A DNA stretch of 64,000 nt, taken from the NCBI GenBank assembly GCA_963752285.1, contig CAVVXN010000001.1:128001-192000 (forward strand), in the 5' to 3' direction. The position numbers were made by a program, and so were the translations under genes. This document shows positions 58,190-64,000 of this stretch, piece by piece. Position 1 is the first letter of the stretch, and every line of letters begins with the position of its first letter. The notes under the pieces were generated by a model that worked only from the letters and a program-made list of their open reading frames with translations, ran no database searches and was not told the origin of the DNA. Source of the stretch: an uncultured Planctomycetota bacterium (GTDB lineage Bacteria > Planctomycetota > PLA2 > JAEUHO01).

Positions 58190-60028
58190 ATGCTCGTTCG
58201 CGTCACCTTCCGCGGCGAGGTCCGCGAGGTGCGGAGCACGGCGTCGAGGGTCGTGCTCGGCCACGGTCCCGGGGCGGACGTGTCGCTCCCGGAGGCGGGC
58301 TGGGCCCCGACGGAGGCGATCCTCCACCACGCCGGGACGGACGTGCGCCTCGAGCGGCCGGGCGGAGAGGCGCTCCGCCTCCGGGTGGGCGACGAGGTCC
58401 GGCTCGGCCGGGCCCGGGTCTCGCTGTTGGGTCTCCTCCCGCGGGAGGCCGACGCCCCGGCGGCGCCCGGGGCGCCGGCCCTCTTCGGCGGGTACGAGAT
58501 CGACCAGCCGGCGGGCGCGCCGTTCCACCTCGTGGACGAATTGGGCCCCAGCCGGGGCGATCGACCCACCCGGGCCGCCCCGCCGCCGCCCGCACGCACG
58601 GGCGGGGCGCCCGCCGGCCCGGCGCGCCGCGGGCCCGACCGCGTCGCCGGGTCCCGGCCCGCGGCCGAGGCGTCGAGACCCGCGTCCCCGGCCTCCCCCC
58701 CGGCCCCGGCCACGACCGGCGGGGGGTCCCCCGCCGCCGCCCCGGCACCGCGGCCGGAGCCCGAGACGCGGGGTCGGGTGCCCCTCCCCCGCCCGGCCGC
58801 CCACGCCTTCGGCGAGACGAGCTTCGGCGAGGAGATGGTCCGCCAGCTTCGCCGCGCACCCTACCTGACGCTCTCCGTCGCGTTCCACGTGCTGGTCGTC
58901 GTGGTCCTCGCCCTCGTCCAGTCGCACGCGCCGCGGCCCGAGACCGAGCGAGGTCCGCTCGTCGCGCGGCTCGTGGAGCCGCGGCTCCTCGAAGCGCCCG
59001 AGGTCTTGCCCGAGGTCGAGAAGGTCCCGTCGATCCCCGACCCGTCGCCCGCCGAGGTCGCCGACCCCGAGCCGCCGACGCCCCCACCGATCGAGGAGCC
59101 GCGGCCCGAGCCGAAGGACGAGCGTCTCGACGCGCTGGAGGACGGTACGGTCGCGCCGCTACGCGTCGGCGTGGCGCCGTCGCTCAGCGCGATCGACGCG
59201 GACCGCGCGAAGCGTGCTCCGAAGCCGGCGAAGGTGGACCTCGCGCGCGCCTTCGGGAAGGCGGATCGCGACGTCGTGAACCGGCAGGTCGCGGACATGA
59301 TCCGCTCCGAGCTCGGCGTCGGCTCCGGCGGACGGGGCGACCCCCTGGGGACGCTCGCGCGGCACGACATCCTGGTGGTGACGGGCGACTGGGACCGGAT
59401 CGGGAGCGTGCTCGAGGCCCTGCGTCTGCCGTTCGAGACGACGACGCCCGTCCGCTTCGCGAGGGACGGGGGCGACCTCCATCGCTGCAAGATCATCTTC
59501 TGGAACTGCGGGAACGCGCTCGAGCCCGTCCTCCTCGCCCAGGCCGCGCGGCGCGTCCGCGCGTTCGTGAAGAACGGCGGGTACCTCTTCACGAGCGACT
59601 GGTGCGTCGGAAACCTGCTGATGTTCGCGTTCCCCGGTCTCCTCGCAACGCAGGGCCAGTGGAACCCGATGCCGGAGATGGTGATCGGGATCCGTCCCGC
59701 GAAGGGCGCGATCGGAGACCCGCTGCTCGATGGCGTGTTCCACCCGGGCGTCGAGGGACGCTGGTGGCTCGAGAACACGTCGTTCGACGTGCAGGTCAAC
59801 GACACGGAGAAGGTGAAGGTCCTGATCGAGAGCCCGGAGCTCGCCTCGCGACTCCGGAGGAGCAGCGCCGTCGCGGTGACCTTCCCGTACGGGAAGGGAC
59901 GTGTCCTCCACATCGCCGGGCACTACTACCAGGAGGAAGGGAACCTCGCCGGCACGATCTCTGCGCATCGACTCGCGATGAACTTCGTGCTGGAGCGGCT
60001 CGCAGAGGGAACCGACCGACGGCGCTGA
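58190..60028 (+). CDS. FHA-like N-domain, Pro-rich linker, TM helix and GATase-like C-domain protein
   Basis: VVLG..ADV..LRVGDEVRLG; ILVVTGDWD, IFWNC, FVKNGGYLFTSDW and YGKGRVLH. Confidence 0.7.
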   Translation: MLVRVTFRGEVREVRSTASRVVLGHGPGADVSLPEAGWAPTEAILHHAGTDVRLERPGGEALRLRVGDEVRLGRARVSLLGLLPREADAPAAPGAPALFGGYEIDQPAGAPFHLVDELGPSRGDRPTRAAPPPPARTGGAPAGPARRGPDRVAGSRPAAEASRPASPASPPAPATTGGGSPAAAPAPRPEPETRGRVPLPRPAAHAFGETSFGEEMVRQLRRAPYLTLSVAFHVLVVVVLALVQSHAPRPETERGPLVARLVEPRLLEAPEVLPEVEKVPSIPDPSPAEVADPEPPTPPPIEEPRPEPKDERLDALEDGTVAPLRVGVAPSLSAIDADRAKRAPKPAKVDLARAFGKADRDVVNRQVADMIRSELGVGSGGRGDPLGTLARHDILVVTGDWDRIGSVLEALRLPFETTTPVRFARDGGDLHRCKIIFWNCGNALEPVLLAQAARRVRAFVKNGGYLFTSDWCVGNLLMFAFPGLLATQGQWNPMPEMVIGIRPAKGAIGDPLLDGVFHPGVEGRWWLENTSFDVQVNDTEKVKVLIESPELASRLRRSSAVAVTFPYGKGRVLHIAGHYYQEEGNLAGTISAHRLAMNFVLERLAEGTDRRR

Positions 60029-60056
60029 TCCCGGACGCGCGGCGCGCGGTCCGACC

Positions 60057-60941
60057 TCACGCCGCGTAGACGACGAGGACCCCGACCTGCGAGGCCACGA
60101 GCAAGAGGTACATGCCCACCCAGGCGGGGTGGCCCCTCCTTCCCGCGGCGAGGCCCTCGGGGTCGCTCAGGAGGAAGTACGCGGTCACGAGACCGAGCGA
60201 GGCGAGCGCGCCGGCGAGCGCCCAGAGCCGGCCGGCGGACGGCGTGAGCCAGCCCAGCGCGCCGAGCCCGGGGTACGCGAGGAACGGCAGCACGAGGAAC
60301 GGCGCGATCCACCGCGCGGCCCGGCGGGCGCCGAGGCGCACGGGGAGGGTCTCGCAGCCGTGCGCGCGGTCTCCCGCGGCGTCCGCGAAGTCCTTCGTCG
60401 CGGCGGCCCCGAGTACGAAGAGGAACGCCACCAGGCCGAGCGCCCACGGGTCGGCCTGCGTGGGCACCGCCACCACGGACCAGCCGGCGACGGGCACGAG
60501 GTAGCCCCGGGGGATCGCGATCGTCAGGAGGGCGAGCGCGGTCTTCCGCTTCGTACGGAGCGGCGGCGCGCTGTAGATCCAGGTGCCGAGGACGCCGGCC
60601 GCCAGGCACGCGAGGAAGCTCGGCGACGCGAGCGCGCCCGCGCCGAGGCCGAGCAGCGCGAGGGCGTCGCCCGCGCGGAGCGCTCCGCGCACCGAGACCC
60701 GGCCCGCGGGGATCGGGCGGTGCGGCTTGTTCTCCCGGTCGATCTCGGCGTCGAACGCCTGGTTCCAGGCGTTGCTGGCGGCCGTCGCGAAGAGCGCACC
60801 GGCGAGCGCCGCCGCGAGGTGCCCGGTCGCCCAGGGGCGGTGGAGCGCCGCGGCGGCCGCGCCGGCCGCGGCCGCGGTCCCCACCACGGGCGCCAGGAGC
60901 GTGAACGGCCTCGCGAGGGCGACGTACGGACGGATCGCCAA
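60057..60941 (-). CDS. UbiA-family prenyltransferase (DGGGP synthase/chlorophyll synthase-like)
   Basis: ARPFTLLAP, NQAFDAEIDRENKPHRPIPAG, YSAPPLRTK and KDFADAAGD..TLPV. Start uncertain (TTG). Confidence 0.88.
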   Translation of the reverse strand: MAIRPYVALARPFTLLAPVVGTAAAAGAAAAALHRPWATGHLAAALAGALFATAASNAWNQAFDAEIDRENKPHRPIPAGRVSVRGALRAGDALALLGLGAGALASPSFLACLAAGVLGTWIYSAPPLRTKRKTALALLTIAIPRGYLVPVAGWSVVAVPTQADPWALGLVAFLFVLGAAATKDFADAAGDRAHGCETLPVRLGARRAARWIAPFLVLPFLAYPGLGALGWLTPSAGRLWALAGALASLGLVTAYFLLSDPEGLAAGRRGHPAWVGMYLLLVASQVGVLVVYAA

Positions 60942-60955
60942 GGCCGTTCTCGCCT

Positions 60956-62011
60956 CTACACCGAGGCCTTCACGCAGCGGAACCCGATCGTCTCGTACTT
61001 GTCCTTCGGGGCCTGGCCGAGATGGATGTCGGCGCGCAGGAGGGACGGCGCGTCGTTGTAGCAGCCGCCCTTGATCAGGTTCACGGTCTCGCCGCCGTCT
61101 ACCGCGGTCGTCCGCGTCCACTCCCACACGTTCCCGACCATGTCCACCACGCCGAACGGGCTGCTCGTGTCCGGGTGGTCCGTCACGGGGTCGGTTCCGC
61201 CGGTCAGGGCGTCCTTGCCGTAGCAGGCGCGCCCGTTGGCCGGCTCGTCGTCACCCCAGGGGTACAACCTCCCGTCGGCGCCACGACACGCCTTCTCCCA
61301 CTGCTCCTCCGAAGGGAGCTGCTTCCCCACCCACCGGGCGTACTTCTCGGCGTCCTGGACCGAGACGCCGACGACCGGGGCATCGGGGTGGTTGAAGCGC
61401 TCGTCGTCGCGGTAGCGGGGCCATCGGTACCCGGTCGCGCGGCAAAAGGCCTCGTAGTGTCGATTCGTGACGGGGAACTTGTCGATGAAGTAGTCGGCCA
61501 GATGCGTCGCCTTCTTCTCCATGCCGAACAGGAACGTCCCGCCCGCCACGCGCATCATCGGCCCGTGGTCCTCGACCTCCTCGACGACGTGGGGCGCGAC
61601 GACCGCGACCGTCGGAACCTGGACCGGCGCGGCCTGCGCGCCGCCGAGGTCGGGCATCGGCGGCGCGGGGTCGAGCTGGAGCGGCGTGTCGGTCTCGGAC
61701 GCCCAGTCCTCGACGTCGAGAATCCGGTCGTCCACCGCGTCCCACTCCTCGCCGCTGATCGCCTGGTAACGCTTCAACCAGAAGTAGGAGCGCAGGAAGC
61801 AGCTCTCCTTCCGCGACTCGTCCTCCTGCTCGAAGCCGACCTCGAACCAGAGCACGCCGGGGAAGTAGCTCTCCGAGACGTCCGCGTCCTCGCGCTGGTA
61901 GTACTCGTCGAGGAGGCGCGCCGCGCTCTCGTCGTCCAGCTCGCCGTGGTCGCCCGGCTCGATGTACTTGCTGTACACGTATTCCTGGATGGCCCGGATC
62001 TGTTCGTCCAC
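60956..62011 (-). CDS. FGE-sulfatase (SUMF1-like) domain protein with acidic N-domain
   Basis: GGTFLFG, PVTN, LPSEEQWEKACRG, DMVGNVWEW and IGFRC motifs. Confidence 0.9.
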   Translation of the reverse strand: MDEQIRAIQEYVYSKYIEPGDHGELDDESAARLLDEYYQREDADVSESYFPGVLWFEVGFEQEDESRKESCFLRSYFWLKRYQAISGEEWDAVDDRILDVEDWASETDTPLQLDPAPPMPDLGGAQAAPVQVPTVAVVAPHVVEEVEDHGPMMRVAGGTFLFGMEKKATHLADYFIDKFPVTNRHYEAFCRATGYRWPRYRDDERFNHPDAPVVGVSVQDAEKYARWVGKQLPSEEQWEKACRGADGRLYPWGDDEPANGRACYGKDALTGGTDPVTDHPDTSSPFGVVDMVGNVWEWTRTTAVDGGETVNLIKGGCYNDAPSLLRADIHLGQAPKDKYETIGFRCVKASV

Positions 62012-62604
62012 GAGAAGCCTCGCCCACGGTTGCCCGCCGCAGGGCGACGGGAATCCCCCACCATAGCCCGTGGGATCGGCGACGGCAGGGAATCGCCTGG
62101 GGGACCGGGTCGGGGCCACGTCCCGGAGCGCGTCCGGACACAGGCCGGGACCGCCGCCGGCCGCACCCGCCCGGCCGACATCGGGAGCCCCCAAACGAGC
62201 GCCGGGACGGGGACGTATCCCACGTGCCCCGTGCCGACCCGAACCTCGCGCCGACCTCGATGCCCCCTCGCCCAGATCCGCGTCCCTCGTTCGACCCGGA
62301 AGGACACCCGCCTCGGACACCCGGGCCTCGTCGCGACCGCCCGCGGCCCTGCGGTGTCTAAGTATGCGGATCGAACGATGGAACGCCCGCCCACCCCCAC
62401 CCCCGCCCGAGCCCTCCGGCCGGACGACCCGTCCGGTCGCTCCCCGCACGGATCCGGGCGGGCGGAGGCCCGCGTGCCGTCTCTCCGTCTTGCGTGCGAA
62501 CGTCCCGCCGCCGCCCGCCGGGGCCGGCGACGCGACCCGGCAGCGCCCGTCCCGACCTGGCATGCCCCTTGCGAGGCATCCATCACAGCCCAGGAGGCCA
62601 TCCC

Positions 62605-63021
62605 ATGAAAGGCAAGATCTTCACCCCGGACGAGGCCAACCGGATGTTGCCCCTCGTGTCCCGCATCGCCGACGACGTCGTGGCCACCTACAAGCTGGTC
62701 CAGAACGCCCTGAAGGCCCTCGAGGCCGAGAAGGCCCGGGTCGAAGCGTCCGAGACCCCCGAGATCGAGTCCCGCGTCGCGGCGCTCGACGAGGACGTCG
62801 CGCGACGGCTCGACCGATTCCAGGTCCTGATCGAGGAGATCGAGGCGCTCGGCGGAACGGTGAAGGACTACGAGCGCGGTTGCATCGACTTCTACGGCGA
62901 AGTGGACCGCGAGATCGTCTACCTCTGCTGGCAGCGCGGCGAAGACTCGATCCGCCACTGGCACCGCCTCGAGGAGGGCTTCGCCGCCCGGCGCGAGATC
63001 CCCGTGGCGACGGCCGCCTGA
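62605..63021 (+). CDS. DUF2203 family protein
   Basis: FTPDEANRMLP, VKD..G.IDF, YLCW..GE..WH and GFA.R; AGGAGG RBS. Confidence 0.92.
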   Translation: MKGKIFTPDEANRMLPLVSRIADDVVATYKLVQNALKALEAEKARVEASETPEIESRVAALDEDVARRLDRFQVLIEEIEALGGTVKDYERGCIDFYGEVDREIVYLCWQRGEDSIRHWHRLEEGFAARREIPVATAA

Positions 63022-63053
63022 AGACGCACCCCTCCCGCCCCTGAGCCGGGCTC

Positions 63054-63093
63054 GAAGGCCCCGCGTGGTCTATGACCGCGCGGGGCCTTCTTC
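63054..63093 (+). terminator. Terminator-like hairpin
   Basis: GAAGGCCCCGCGTGGTC-TAT-GACCGCGCGGGGCCTTC, a 17-bp stem with one U-G pair; weak T tail. Confidence 0.65.
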
Positions 63094-63209
63094 GTCGGGG
63101 GCCAACCCCGGATTCCGGCGCACCCCCCGGCCGCCTGGGGCCGAACGGACGGCGACCCTATACTCTGGCCCCTTCCAGGCGCAGGTCCCGCGCCCATCCG
63201 GAGAGAGCC

Positions 63210-64000
63210 GTGGACGAGCTGCTGAGCCCCGAGAACCTCGCCTGGCGTGCGAAAGCGCGCGATCTCGCCGATCGGGTGATCCGGCCGAAGGCCGCCCACT
63301 ACGACCGTATCCAGGAGTACCCCTGGGAGATCAAGGACGCGCTCTGCGAGGCCGGGCTCATGGGGGTCTGGATCCCCAAGGAGTACGGCGGCGGCGGCGC
63401 GGGCGTCCTCGACCTCTGCATCGTGGTCGAGGAGCTTTCGAAGGCCTGCGGCGGCGTCGGTGTCCTGTTCGCGGTGAACGCCCTCGGCTCGTTCCCGATC
63501 CTCCTCGCGGGGACGGAGGAGCAGAAGCAACGCTACCTCCCGCGGATCGCGAAGGGCGAGAGCCTGATCGCGTTCGGCCTGTCGGAGCGGAACGCGGGCA
63601 GCGACGCGGGCAGCCTCACGACGAAGGCGGTCCAGGACGGCGACGCGTACGTCCTCGACGGCGACAAGAAGTGGACGACGAACGGCGGCGCCGCGGATCT
63701 CTACACCGTCTTCACCGTCACGGACCCCGTGTCGAAGAGCCGACGGATCTCCGCGTTCCTCGTCGAGAAGGGCGATCCCGGGTTCGAGATCGGCCGCGTC
63801 GAGGACAAGATGGGGATCCGGTGCGTACCCGTCGTGGAGCTCCACTTCCGCGGCTGCCGCATCCCCGCGGACCGTCTGCTCGGCGGCAAGCCTGGGTTCG
63901 GCTTCAAGCACGCGATGATGACGCTCGACCACGCACGCCCGGGCGTCGCCGCGCAGGCCGTGGGCCTCGCGCAGGGCGCGCTCGACCTGGCCTCGGTGTA
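63210..64000 (+). CDS. Acyl-CoA dehydrogenase, 3' end outside window
   Basis: IPKEYGGGG, EELSKAC, AFGLSE..AGSD, DGDKKW.TNG and KMGIR motifs; TATACT at 63159..63164. Confidence 0.93.
   Translation, partial: MDELLSPENLAWRAKARDLADRVIRPKAAHYDRIQEYPWEIKDALCEAGLMGVWIPKEYGGGGAGVLDLCIVVEELSKACGGVGVLFAVNALGSFPILLAGTEEQKQRYLPRIAKGESLIAFGLSERNAGSDAGSLTTKAVQDGDAYVLDGDKKWTTNGGAADLYTVFTVTDPVSKSRRISAFLVEKGDPGFEIGRVEDKMGIRCVPVVELHFRGCRIPADRLLGGKPGFGFKHAMMTLDHARPGVAAQAVGLAQGALDLASV

Overview
Very GC-rich, gene-dense bacterial chromosomal segment with about 55 CDS and one tRNA-Ser(UGA). It is probably from a Planctomycetota/PVC organism, inferred from the DUF1549/DUF1553-DUF1501-PPC trio, many secreted HEAT/VWA/prenyltransferase-repeat proteins and a planctomycete-like L34. 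Housekeeping genes include truD, a short archaeal-type aspS, nnrD, rpmH and an acyl-CoA dehydrogenase. Stress and detox genes include sodC, an aldo/keto reductase, two VOC, two DinB, CsbD, a baeRF protein and a heterodimeric ABC exporter. No CRISPR array, integrase or transposase was seen. The best find is a small membrane protein gene at 5252..5629 that the ORF track splits. It has an in-frame TGA followed, at the same 18-nt spacing as E. coli fdhF, by a GGUC-capped hairpin, making it a candidate selenoprotein translationally coupled to the aldo/keto reductase and facing sodC. Other notable items are a secreted 8-mer/9-mer repeat beta-ribbon protein, several apparently inactivated enzyme folds, a DUF1549/1553 variant lacking its usual Cys motifs, three eroded genes and two GTTC-N7-GTTC boxes. 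All family calls come from motifs recognised by eye; no database searches were run.
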